Part shown: one piece after another, positions 18,658-26,297 of the stretch
Position numbering within the stretch: position 1 is the stretch's first letter
How the letters are laid out: each line of letters begins with the position of its first letter
Assembly (NCBI GenBank): GCA_049679205.1
Contig: JBAUFP010000092.1
Coordinates: 1-27,034, forward strand
From: a bacterium
Lineage (GTDB): Bacteria > Hydrothermota > Tepidihabitantia > SM23-42
DNA length: 27,034 bases
Reading direction: 5' to 3'
Position numbers and translations under genes: made by a program
Notes under the pieces: generated by a model
Databases searched by the model: none
Told to the model about the DNA's origin: nothing
The model's input: the letters and a program-made list of their open reading frames with translations, nothing else

Positions 18658-19716
18658 TTACAAATAGGTAAGTTTTCTGAGTGCCTTTAGCCTGTCATTC
18701 TCCCCTATTTTTGCCTTCTTTATCGCTGATTCTAAGAAGGTAATTGACTTATTGTAAGTAGTCCGATCTACCGGGTATGGAAATCCGTCCTTACCCCCGT
18801 GGGCAAAGGAATATCTTGCTGGGTCGCGAAACGAGGGACTGGCTCCGTACAGCAGCTCGCCAATCAAAGCCAGGGCACGGAGCGTTTTTGGCCCGACCCC
18901 TGGAATGCTGATCAAACTCTCGAAACTGCCCGGTGCCTTCCCATAAGTTCTTAGCAGTATTTTATGAAAGTACTTCGAACTGATATCTAATTTCAGGACT
19001 GGATGCCGGCTTGGCATCTTGAGTATTTTTTCTGTTTCCTTGATGATTTTTTCAGGACGCTCCTTCGCGATTTCGGTCACCATATCGCGGGATGCTGTAC
19101 TCTCTTCAGCCACCATGTTAAGAGAGTCTTTCTTTTCGTCACAGCATATTGCCGCGTGTGGCTCGTTAACATAGGATTGGAGATTCATGGAAAGCCAGTG
19201 ATAGCGACGCGCAAAATGATTGTCGGGATTCATGCCTTGCTGGATAACACTCCAATCACCATTTTTTGTGAAAACAAACATATGATGATACAAATTATAG
19301 CCATCCTGGACACATGTGTTATCCACCTTGGCTGAAGTCTTTGATGCGTAAATCAACCCATCCGGGTCAACCGACATGGTTTCGCAGATCGCGCTAATTT
19401 GAGCCGGCGTTTTTCTTGAAACACCGCCCTTGCCGCCACAAAAAAATAGACCTAAATCCTGGGCTATGTCTTTAGTGCCCTCTTTCATGGCACCGCACAC
19501 AGTTGTGGTCACGCCCGAAGAATGCCAGTCAAAACCCAACACCGAACCGAAGGCTTGAAACCAGTAGGGGTCTGACACCCGCCGCAGGAATTCATCACTG
19601 CCCTGCTCTACCACCATCACTTCGATTATGGCCCGCGCCAGCTTCACCATCCTCTCGAAAAGCCAGCGCGGCGCACGACCGTGATGCAAAGGGAGCTGGG
19701 CAAAGCCAGTGCGCAT
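18658..19716 (-). CDS. DUF763 domain protein
   Basis: LPLHHGRAPRWLFERM, SDPYWFQAFGSVLGFDWHSSGVTT, AKVDNTCVQDGYNLYHH, IQQGMN, HhH-like GVGPKTLRAL, SFAHGGKDGFPYPV. Confidence 0.93.
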   Translation of the reverse strand: MRTGFAQLPLHHGRAPRWLFERMVKLARAIIEVMVVEQGSDEFLRRVSDPYWFQAFGSVLGFDWHSSGVTTTVCGAMKEGTKDIAQDLGLFFCGGKGGVSRKTPAQISAICETMSVDPDGLIYASKTSAKVDNTCVQDGYNLYHHMFVFTKNGDWSVIQQGMNPDNHFARRYHWLSMNLQSYVNEPHAAICCDEKKDSLNMVAEESTASRDMVTEIAKERPEKIIKETEKILKMPSRHPVLKLDISSKYFHKILLRTYGKAPGSFESLISIPGVGPKTLRALALIGELLYGASPSFRDPARYSFAHGGKDGFPYPVDRTTYNKSITFLESAIKKAKIGENDRLKALRKLTYL

Positions 19717-19721
19717 GTTCT

Positions 19722-19750
19722 ATGATACAATGCCTGGAGTATTTTGTCAA
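19722..19750 (-). promoter_or_regulatory. sigma70-type promoter of DUF763, probably leaderless
   Basis: TTGACA-17 nt-TATCAT-5 nt-ATG on the minus strand. Confidence 0.7.
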
Positions 19751-19799
19751 TTGTGTGCACGCTTGGATATCCCGGAATGGCTTAAGTCTCAGAAAAAGC

Positions 19800-19827
19800 T
19801 TTACAAAAAATAGTATTTGATTATAAT
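19800..19827 (+). promoter_or_regulatory. sigma70-type promoter of the GGDEF gene, probably leaderless
   Basis: TTTACA(19800-19805)-16 nt-TATAAT(19822-19827)-7 nt-ATG(19835). No SD seen. Confidence 0.6.
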
Positions 19828-19834
19828 GTTCTTA

Positions 19835-21382
19835 ATGCGAAAACGTTTACTAACAATCTACGAACTCACGGTTATCATACTGGGCATTGGATTGCCGTTC
19901 TCGCAAGTATTGATACTAAATCCGGTTTTTCCACCCCTGCCCGATACTCTAGTCTTCCTGCTCACGGCCATAATATCAGCCCTCGTCTACATTACCCTGA
20001 AGAATACGATCGTGTCCTTTGAAATCGTAATTTACTATTTCCTTTTGCTTGTCTTTGGCGGCAATGTAGCATCCTTCATGGCAGTTATTACGCTAATCAT
20101 CGTTTGGACGCTCAAGAGTCTCAAGCATATCCCGAATAAAGCAACTGGTCAATTCTGGAGGACAATCAAAACCGGCGCATACAACGCCGGCGTATATGGC
20201 CTCATGTACCTGATCACGGGTTTAGTAATGACTTACTACCCGCTGAATGCACAAATGATTTTGGCAATACCCACGGTCGTCATTCTGAACGAGCTTTTCT
20301 TCTCAACTCACACGCTATTGAAGGGCGATGAATTCAGAAGCTACTTGAAAGGCGAAGCACTTGTCAGCGACCTAATGGAAATGCTAATATACCCAATCGG
20401 AATTTCAATGGCTCTGTTATACCGGGACTACGGATTGGTTTCCACGGTGCCCCTCATCATAAGCATCCTGGTTTTCTCATATATCGGCTATCTCATGTCG
20501 CGATACCAAGAGCGGATGGAACAGAGGATCACCGAGGAGGAAGATTTAAATGAGATCGCCCGCAAATTGGAGGGCATCCTGGATTTTGAACAACTCATCA
20601 CGACGATATTGAAAAAAGTACACTCATTCATCAGGGCTGAGGAAGTCACTATAATACTGGAAGCCCGGGAACAGGGTATTGATGTTATGCGTAACTACGA
20701 CGGCGATAAGATACGTAACCTGAATTTCGCCATACCTCCAAAATCAATCAATTCGGTTGAGTTGCCTATAGTGACCCGGGATAAGGCGATTGGTACACTA
20801 CTCGTAAAACCAAAGAACCCACTAAACAAGGAAGCCCTCGTACTCCTTACGAATCTGGTAAAACATATTTCTTTATGCCTATCCAATGCCATGCTGTATA
20901 AGATTTCGATCGAAGATTCGTTAACCGGACTGTATACGCGACGCTATTTCGAACAAAAATTGACCGAGGGTATTGGTGAGGTTAAACGCACCAACGGCCG
21001 GCTATCGGTCGTGCTTTTCGACATTGACAATCTTAAGGATGTTAACGACGCGATGGGTCATAAGATGGGCGATCAGGTGCTCAGAAAATTCTCACAAACA
21101 CTGAAAGCCCATTCCCGGAAAAAGGATATTGTTGCCCGTTGGGGAGGCGATGAATTCGTAGCTATTATTCCCGGTTCATCCGAAGATGAAGCCGTAGTCT
21201 TTGGAGAACGGATGAAAGAGATTTTCTCCAACGAGGTCTTTATCGCGGAAAACAAGAATATGAAGTGTACTGTTTCATATGGTTCGCTGGATTATCATGA
21301 GGGGGTCGGCATCCCGGACAGCGAGATCTTCCACGAGGTGGACAAACGTCTGCTATCAATGAAAAAGGTAGTAGGACGCTGA
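19835..21382 (+). CDS. Membrane-bound diguanylate cyclase (multi-TM sensor, GAF-like linker, GGDEF)
   Basis: About 7-8 TM helices at the N-terminus, then EDSLTGLYTRRYF, FDIDNLKDVNDAMGHKMGDQVL, I-site RKKD and ARWGGDEF. The ORF-track start 19817 overlaps the -10 box, so 19835 is preferred. Confidence 0.9.
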   Translation: MRKRLLTIYELTVIILGIGLPFSQVLILNPVFPPLPDTLVFLLTAIISALVYITLKNTIVSFEIVIYYFLLLVFGGNVASFMAVITLIIVWTLKSLKHIPNKATGQFWRTIKTGAYNAGVYGLMYLITGLVMTYYPLNAQMILAIPTVVILNELFFSTHTLLKGDEFRSYLKGEALVSDLMEMLIYPIGISMALLYRDYGLVSTVPLIISILVFSYIGYLMSRYQERMEQRITEEEDLNEIARKLEGILDFEQLITTILKKVHSFIRAEEVTIILEAREQGIDVMRNYDGDKIRNLNFAIPPKSINSVELPIVTRDKAIGTLLVKPKNPLNKEALVLLTNLVKHISLCLSNAMLYKISIEDSLTGLYTRRYFEQKLTEGIGEVKRTNGRLSVVLFDIDNLKDVNDAMGHKMGDQVLRKFSQTLKAHSRKKDIVARWGGDEFVAIIPGSSEDEAVVFGERMKEIFSNEVFIAENKNMKCTVSYGSLDYHEGVGIPDSEIFHEVDKRLLSMKKVVGR

Positions 21383-21396
21383 AACCATCACCATCT

Positions 21397-21539
21397 AAAT
21401 CTCAAATTCCAAATAAATTCCAAACTGCAAAACGCAAATCTGGAAACGCTTTACGCATTATCTACGGCATACAGCGCCGAATAACATCACTGCAATCACA
21501 ATCTCAACATCACCGTAATCGATGATGCATCGCATCATC
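21397..21539. repeat. Composite intergenic repeat, copy A
   Basis: AAATCTCAAATTCCAAATA (21397-21415), two ATCACYGYAATC (21486-21497, 21509-21520) and hairpin GATGATGC-atc-GCATCATC (21521-21539). The same order of modules recurs at 26332-26403. Confidence 0.7.
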
Positions 21540-22050
21540 AGTATTGCACCAACGAAAAAACTTCGTAGTCTTTCAGTTTCTCACTGCCCTTAAGGTATGT
21601 TAAATCACTGATAAAAACGCATCCGACAACTTTACCGCCGAGTTGCTCGATCAGTTTGCATGTTGCCTGAACAGTCCCACCCGTGGCCAACACATCGTCA
21701 AACACCAATACACTTTCACCAGGGTCGATCGCATCTTTGTGGATCTCAATTGTGTTCTTACCGTATTCCAGAGTGTATTCCAAGGAAACAGTCTCGGCTG
21801 GCAATTTGCCCGGTTTCCGTACCGGAACGAAACCGCAATTGAGTATGTACGCAATGGCACCGCCAAAGATGTAACCGCGCGCTTCAACTGAAACCAGTTT
21901 GGCGATTTTCTCATTCTTGTATTTATCAACAATCGTGTCGATAACATATTTGAACGGTTCGGGCTCTTTTAAGAGCGTAGTAATGTCCCGAAACATCACT
22001 CCCTTTTGCGGAAAGTCCGGAATATCACGAATATATTTCTTCAAATCCAT
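21538..22050 (-). CDS. apt: Adenine phosphoribosyltransferase
   Basis: IRDIPDFPQKGVMFRDITTLL, EARGYIFG, VRKPGKLP, LEYG, VFDDVLATGGT. AGGAG SD. Confidence 0.97.
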   Translation of the reverse strand: MDLKKYIRDIPDFPQKGVMFRDITTLLKEPEPFKYVIDTIVDKYKNEKIAKLVSVEARGYIFGGAIAYILNCGFVPVRKPGKLPAETVSLEYTLEYGKNTIEIHKDAIDPGESVLVFDDVLATGGTVQATCKLIEQLGGKVVGCVFISDLTYLKGSEKLKDYEVFSLVQY

Positions 22051-22064
22051 AACGACTCCTTTGT

Positions 22065-22137
22065 ATTAAAAGGGCTCAAGATGGCTCACAAATGGCTGAT
22101 AGATGGCTATGATGACAATCAAGGCTAGAAAGGCTTT
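22065..22137. repeat. Left low-complexity GGCT array flanking the four-helix-bundle gene
   Basis: Six GGCT-cored units (agggctca, atggctca, atggctga, atggctat, aaggctag, aaggctt), inverted relative to 22561-22663. Confidence 0.7.
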
Positions 22138-22140
22138 TCC

Positions 22141-22557
22141 TCAACGCGATTTCTTGGCCGTTTGTTCCAACTGACGCTTGTCTTTTAGTGATCCAATCAA
22201 TCGATCTAATAGGTACATAGTGCCTTTTGCTTTATTGTCAAATTCATCATATATTTCGTTAGTGATATAGCCTTTTCGCTTAACCCTCCTTATCCTTTCG
22301 CGTAGCTCTCCTAATGATCTCTTGCTGTAGTACAAAAATCTGATATATTCAGCCAGTGAACCACTGTAGTACCCTTCAACAAAATTCGCGCCTACTGAAT
22401 CTGAAGCATTATCAATTTGGGATCGCATTTTAAACTCACGCTTCGGTATGTATTTCAGAATCTTTTGCACAAGAATATCTAGTCGGTCCATGTTTTGCCA
22501 AACAATCATCTTCTCATGCCCCCGTGGCTGTGATCTGCTACCACCTTTATCCACCAT
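22141..22557 (-). CDS. Four helix bundle protein (TIGR02436 / 23S rRNA intervening-sequence protein, Avd-like fold)
   Basis: MIVWQ...IPKREFKMRSQIDNASDSVGANFVEGY...EYIRFLYYSKRSLGEL...KGYI matches the family pattern (vWq..P..E..l..Q..ra..Si.aNiaEG...f..FL..a.gSl.E). Confidence 0.88.
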   Translation of the reverse strand: MVDKGGSRSQPRGHEKMIVWQNMDRLDILVQKILKYIPKREFKMRSQIDNASDSVGANFVEGYYSGSLAEYIRFLYYSKRSLGELRERIRRVKRKGYITNEIYDEFDNKAKGTMYLLDRLIGSLKDKRQLEQTAKKSR

Positions 22558-22560
22558 GTC

Positions 22561-22663
22561 ACTTCCCTTTTCTAGCCTTTTATCCCCTTTTTTTCGCCCT
22601 TTTTCACCTTTCTTAGAATCGCCCTCTTTGAGCCTTCTATGAGCCCTTTATCATCCTTTTAAT
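22561..22663. repeat. Right low-complexity AGCC/CCCTTT array flanking the four-helix-bundle gene
   Basis: Pyrimidine-rich ~10-nt units containing reverse complements of the left array: TTTCTAGCCTT (22569-22579), TGAGCCCTTT (22640-22649), CCTTTTAAT (22655-22663). Confidence 0.7.
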
Positions 22664-22932
22664 CAATATTGTAGCCTGAACTCCGTAAACCCCGAATCCT
22701 TCTCATCCCACTTAACATCAATTCCGGTCACATGAGCCGAAAGCGGACCGATGCGTAACCTCTCAATAAAATCTTTAACCACACCCTTATCACCTTCCGC
22801 AACAACTTCGACTGAACCATTGGGTAGATTCTTAACATATCCCTTAACGTCGAACAGATGCGCTTGGTTTATCACAAAAAACCGGTAACCCACGCCCTGA
22901 ACAACACCCTGAACGGTAATTTCAACTTTCAT
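22663..22932 (-). CDS. acyP: Acylphosphatase
   Basis: VQGVVQGVGYR, GYVKNLPNGSVEVVAEG, GPLSAHV. 89 aa. Confidence 0.96.
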   Translation of the reverse strand: MKVEITVQGVVQGVGYRFFVINQAHLFDVKGYVKNLPNGSVEVVAEGDKGVVKDFIERLRIGPLSAHVTGIDVKWDEKDSGFTEFRLQY

Positions 22933-23417
22933 TTCGAAAATGACTCAAAGGCAAGATCTACGGCCTCTTGCGCGTTCTTCGCCTCAGTTATTGGCGCGTC
23001 AATCTGCCACGTATCGATGCCAATAACCGGCACATCATACATCAGACAATATGCAATCTCGCTTAAGGTCCCGAATTTACCATTGATAGCAATGGCACAA
23101 TCACAAGTACGTGCAATAATGAAATTCCTTGCCTGACTCAGGCCCGTGACAATGGGGATATCAACATAGGGATTAGCACTTTCTTTATCTGTGGTGGGCA
23201 GGATACCAATGACCAAACCGTTGGCAATTCTAGCACCTTTCGATGCCGCGGTCATGACGCCACCCATCCCGCCGGTGACCAGTATTGCGTTCCGTTGTGC
23301 GATTAGTGAGCCGACTTCTTCAGCGATCTTCAAATACTTCTCACTCGCCTCAGCCCCCCCAATGACGGCAATAATCTTTCTCTTGGTCTTCCCCTCTCCT
23401 TGTCTCACTTTCTCCAT
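22929..23417 (-). CDS. TIGR00725 family (LOG/DprA-like Rossmann fold) protein
   Basis: IAVIGG, LVTGGMGGVMTAASKGA, IGILP, ANPYVDIPIVTGLSQARN, GKFGTLSEIAY. Confidence 0.92.
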   Translation of the reverse strand: MEKVRQGEGKTKRKIIAVIGGAEASEKYLKIAEEVGSLIAQRNAILVTGGMGGVMTAASKGARIANGLVIGILPTTDKESANPYVDIPIVTGLSQARNFIIARTCDCAIAINGKFGTLSEIAYCLMYDVPVIGIDTWQIDAPITEAKNAQEAVDLAFESFSK

Positions 23418-23430
23418 GTCTTAATTTCCT

Positions 23431-23730
23431 ACTTATTGAGTTATTTCTTTGTCTCCGTGTCTCTGTATCTCCAAGTCTCCCTGTCTTTTCTTTTTCAGCT
23501 TTTCACTTTCCACTTATTAAGTTATTGTATTGCATCCGACTTCTAACTTCCAACTTTTGACTTATTGAGTTATCTCCCTGTCTCCCCTTCTCCTTGTCTC
23601 CCAGTCTCCATGTCTTTACTTCTCACTTCCTACTTGTTAAGTTATAGTATTGCATCCGACTTTTAACTTCCAACTTCTGACTTATTAAGTTATACCCTGC
23701 TCCCTGTTTCCTAATGCCTGTTCCCTAAAA
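23431..23730. repeat. Array of five 14-bp ACTTRTTRAGTTAT sites separated by low-complexity tracts
   Basis: Sites at 23431, 23512, 23560, 23632 and 23680, with spacers of 67/34/58/34 nt. Block 23512-23573 is duplicated at 23632-23693. Confidence 0.85.
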
Positions 23731-23734
23731 AGAG

Positions 23735-23808
23735 TCGGGGCGGTGGGATTTGAACCCACGACCTCATGGTCCCGAACCATGCGCGCTAAACCACTGCGCT
23801 ACGCCCCG
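23735..23808 (-). tRNA. tRNA-Pro(CGG); CCA not encoded
   Basis: Reverse complement CGGGGCGTAGCGCAGTGGTTTAGCGCGCATGGTTCGGGACCATGAGGTCGTGGGTTCAAATCCCACCGCCCCGA. Anticodon arm CATGG-TTCGGGA-CCATG. Confidence 0.96.
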
Positions 23809-24462
23809 TTATTCCTTCCAACCTTGTCTGCCCAAAAGAGGTACAAAAGTACATTCGAACAATTCTTTCCTGAACACCCGACCTTTTTGTTTCCGCACCA
23901 CATTCAACGTCTGAAAATACTCGCTCCCAACTGGTATGACCAACCTGCCTTTCTCGGCCAACTGCTCGATCAGAGCCTTAGGCACTTCGGGCGCACCCGC
24001 GGTCACAATTATTCCATCATAAGGGGCAAACTGCGGCCAACCGAGACTACCATCACCAATCAAGTAACCGATATTATTGAAACCAAGTTTTTCCAGCCGC
24101 TCACGTGCCCTGTCTTTTAATGCAGACACCCGCTCGATTGTATAGACCATTTTGCACAGCAGGGCGAGAATCGCCGCCTGATACCCTGACCCTGTGCCTA
24201 TTTCAAGAACCGTATCATCAGGTTTTAATTCCAAGAGCTCAGTCATGACCGCAACCATATAAGGCTGGGAAATTGTCTGTCCATGTCCAAGCGAAAGCGG
24301 GTAGTCGTTATATGCCTGATGCTCGTACACTTTATCAACAAAGAGATGTCTGGGCACGCGCACCATGGCGCCGAGTACTCGTTTATCCTCAACGCCCCGG
24401 GCAATGATCTGCTCGTTCACCATTCTTTCGCGCTCGTGTCTCCACTCCTTTACTTCAATCAT
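23809..24462 (-). CDS. pcm: Protein-L-isoaspartate O-methyltransferase
   Basis: VPRHLFV, GQTISQPYMVA, VLEIGTGSGYQAAILA, GDGSLGW, APYDGIIVTAG, FVPLLG. Confidence 0.97.
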   Translation of the reverse strand: MIEVKEWRHERERMVNEQIIARGVEDKRVLGAMVRVPRHLFVDKVYEHQAYNDYPLSLGHGQTISQPYMVAVMTELLELKPDDTVLEIGTGSGYQAAILALLCKMVYTIERVSALKDRARERLEKLGFNNIGYLIGDGSLGWPQFAPYDGIIVTAGAPEVPKALIEQLAEKGRLVIPVGSEYFQTLNVVRKQKGRVFRKELFECTFVPLLGRQGWKE

Positions 24463-24471
24463 TGCCCTAGT

Positions 24472-24499
24472 AGAATAGCTGAAAAAGGCGGAAAGTCAA
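24472..24499 (-). promoter_or_regulatory. Candidate internal promoter for pcm
   Basis: TTGACT-16 nt-TATTCT-9 nt-ATG on the minus strand. Confidence 0.5.
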
Positions 24500-24513
24500 T
24501 GCCAATTCTACCC

Positions 24514-24723
24514 AAATCTCTGATTTGGTCGTAGAATTGAGCATCCCGCACGTTTTCGAACGCACACCTATTGAACATACGATCAAACAATAAAATATGG
24601 CGCATCTTAGTCAGGTATGGCGCAGGCAATGTAGAAAAGGTGCGGGGAGCCAATTTAGTCATGGTAAATCTCTGATTTGGTCGTAGAATTGAGCATCCCG
24701 CACCTTTGTTAAAAGGTGCGGGG
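24514..24723. repeat. Duplicated REP-like element between surE and pcm
   Basis: Exact 38-bp direct repeat AAATCTCTGATTTGGTCGTAGAATTGAGCATCCCGCAC at 24514-24551 and 24666-24703. Each copy is closed by AAAAGGTGCGGGG (24635-24647, 24711-24723). Confidence 0.85.
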
Positions 24724-24761
24724 GATTATTCGCTTGAGTCGACGTTATTGAACCTGCCTAA

Positions 24762-25502
24762 TCACTCAACTTCTCCCTTGATGTGTTCTTCAAGGCTCTT
24801 CATTACCTCGTAATCGGTCAGGTCCAACTTCAACGGAGTTATTGAAACATAATGCTTGTCAATCGCCCTGAAATCGGTATCGGCATCTGCCCTATATGAC
24901 AAAACGCCGTCAATCACCGAATATATAACATTCTTCTTTTCGCTATCCCTAATGACCTTATCCTTGTATATGCGCTTTCCCATCCGGGTTATCTTTTCAC
25001 CTTTGATCTTACCTTCAGGGATATTCACGTTCAGAATCAAGTCATTTCTCTGCGACGATAGAATTCGGTCGATCAAATCATGCGTATATTTCGCGGCATT
25101 CTTGAAATCACAAAAAGCATCCGCCGTAACCGACACGGCGAGCGATTTTATACCCATACTCGCACCTTGCAGAGCAGCAGCAACGGTCCCTGAATAGAAC
25201 ACGTCGCTACCCATATTCGGTCCGTGATTGATGCCAGACACGACCAGGTCGATACCGGTTTTAATCAAATCGTGGTAAGCGAGAAGCACACAATCGGTAG
25301 GCGTGCCTCCGACAATATAAAACTTGTCATGCAGTTTTTCCACTCTTATTGGCTTTCTCAAAGTAAGAGAATGGCTGGCCCCGCTTTGCTGGGTATTAGG
25401 CGCTACCACAAAAACATCATAGTCCTTCTTGAGTTCCTTATACAATGATTGCAGCCCAGTGGCATCATAACCATCGTCATTGGTCAGCAATATCAACGCC
25501 AT
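24762..25502 (-). CDS. surE: 5'/3'-nucleotidase SurE
   Basis: ILLTNDDGYDATGL, VVAPNTQQSGASHSLT, GTPTDCV, VSGINHGPNMG..VFYSGTVAAA, VSITPL. Confidence 0.97.
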   Translation of the reverse strand: MALILLTNDDGYDATGLQSLYKELKKDYDVFVVAPNTQQSGASHSLTLRKPIRVEKLHDKFYIVGGTPTDCVLLAYHDLIKTGIDLVVSGINHGPNMGSDVFYSGTVAAALQGASMGIKSLAVSVTADAFCDFKNAAKYTHDLIDRILSSQRNDLILNVNIPEGKIKGEKITRMGKRIYKDKVIRDSEKKNVIYSVIDGVLSYRADADTDFRAIDKHYVSITPLKLDLTDYEVMKSLEEHIKGEVE

Positions 25503-26167
25503 AGAAACCTCACTGCCATGTTTATGAATCGCCAGGTGTCGAGTAATGGATTAATGTAGCTCTTTTCACCAGCGTAAACAGTAGTAACTGGCACAAACCC
25601 AATCTTGTATTTGTTTCGTGCTGCTCTTATCACCATTTCTGATTCGGTTTGATAATTATTCGTCCTCAGTTGCACTTTGCCGAATATCTTCAGATCTACA
25701 TACCTGAAGCCACATTGCACGTCAGTTGTACGAACTCCTGATAGCAAAGACACAACAAGATTAACAGTTCGGTTTGTCAGCATCCTGTCCAGAGGCATAG
25801 CCGAAAGAATGTCGGTACGTTCACCAATAATCATATCATAATGGCCGTTCAGCTTCAAGAATGCGTTTGTTTCGGATACCCGGTGCTGAGCATCGGCATC
25901 GATTACTAAAACCTTCTTCAGATTCATCTGTCCTGCGGCAGTGAACCCATCTCTCAAAGCAGCGCCTTTACCCATATTTTTTTCGTGCTTCACTAATGTC
26001 ACGTCCTGACTCCGTGTCACATCCTCGGTGTTATCTTTTGAACCATCGTTTACTACGATAATATTGTTTTTTTTGAACCCGTATCCGATGAGTTCTTTTA
26101 TCACTCCTGCGATGGTTTTCTCCGCGTTATACGCCGGAATTACAACACCAATCTCCCTCAAATCCAC
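25493..26167 (-). CDS. Glycosyltransferase family 2 (DPM1-like)
   Basis: VVIPAYNAE, VVNDGSKDNT, NMGKGAAL, IDADAQH (DxD), DVQCGFR. GTG start. Confidence 0.92.
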   Translation of the reverse strand: MDLREIGVVIPAYNAEKTIAGVIKELIGYGFKKNNIIVVNDGSKDNTEDVTRSQDVTLVKHEKNMGKGAALRDGFTAAGQMNLKKVLVIDADAQHRVSETNAFLKLNGHYDMIIGERTDILSAMPLDRMLTNRTVNLVVSLLSGVRTTDVQCGFRYVDLKIFGKVQLRTNNYQTESEMVIRAARNKYKIGFVPVTTVYAGEKSYINPLLDTWRFINMAVRFLWR

Positions 26168-26172
26168 CCCCT

Positions 26173-26200
26173 ATTTTACTTCTGTATTTGCTAAAGTCAA
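26173..26200 (-). promoter_or_regulatory. sigma70-type promoter of GT2-surE, probably leaderless
   Basis: TTGACT-16 nt-TAAAAT-5 nt-GTG on the minus strand. Confidence 0.65.
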
Positions 26201-26297
26201 TGCCAATTATCCCCAACACGAATTTCCCTCAGATCTTCGGTCTAAGAGTGAAATCCAGTGTCCCGAGTCCACCAATGGGTAAGCAGATGAGGGGATT

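Noticed and set aside
22141..22557. Diversity-generating retroelement
   Set aside because: Avd-like fold only. No reverse transcriptase and no TR/VR pair with adenine-specific mismatches were seen.
23431..23693. CRISPR array
   Set aside because: The repeat is only 14 bp, the spacers are unequal, low-complexity and duplicated, and there are no cas genes in the window.
23431..23693. dif, loxP or integron attC sites
   Set aside because: AAGTTAT matches a loxP arm end and one copy contains GTTAAGT (GTTRRRY). However, there is no paired inverted arm with a 6-8 bp core, no attC-like palindrome and no integrase.
23743..24120. 125-aa + strand ORF (MGFEPTTSWSRT...)
   Set aside because: Antisense shadow of tRNA-Pro and pcm.
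24459..24662. 67-aa ORF between surE and pcm
   Set aside because: It runs through the repeat element and the pcm promoter candidate and has no recognisable motif.
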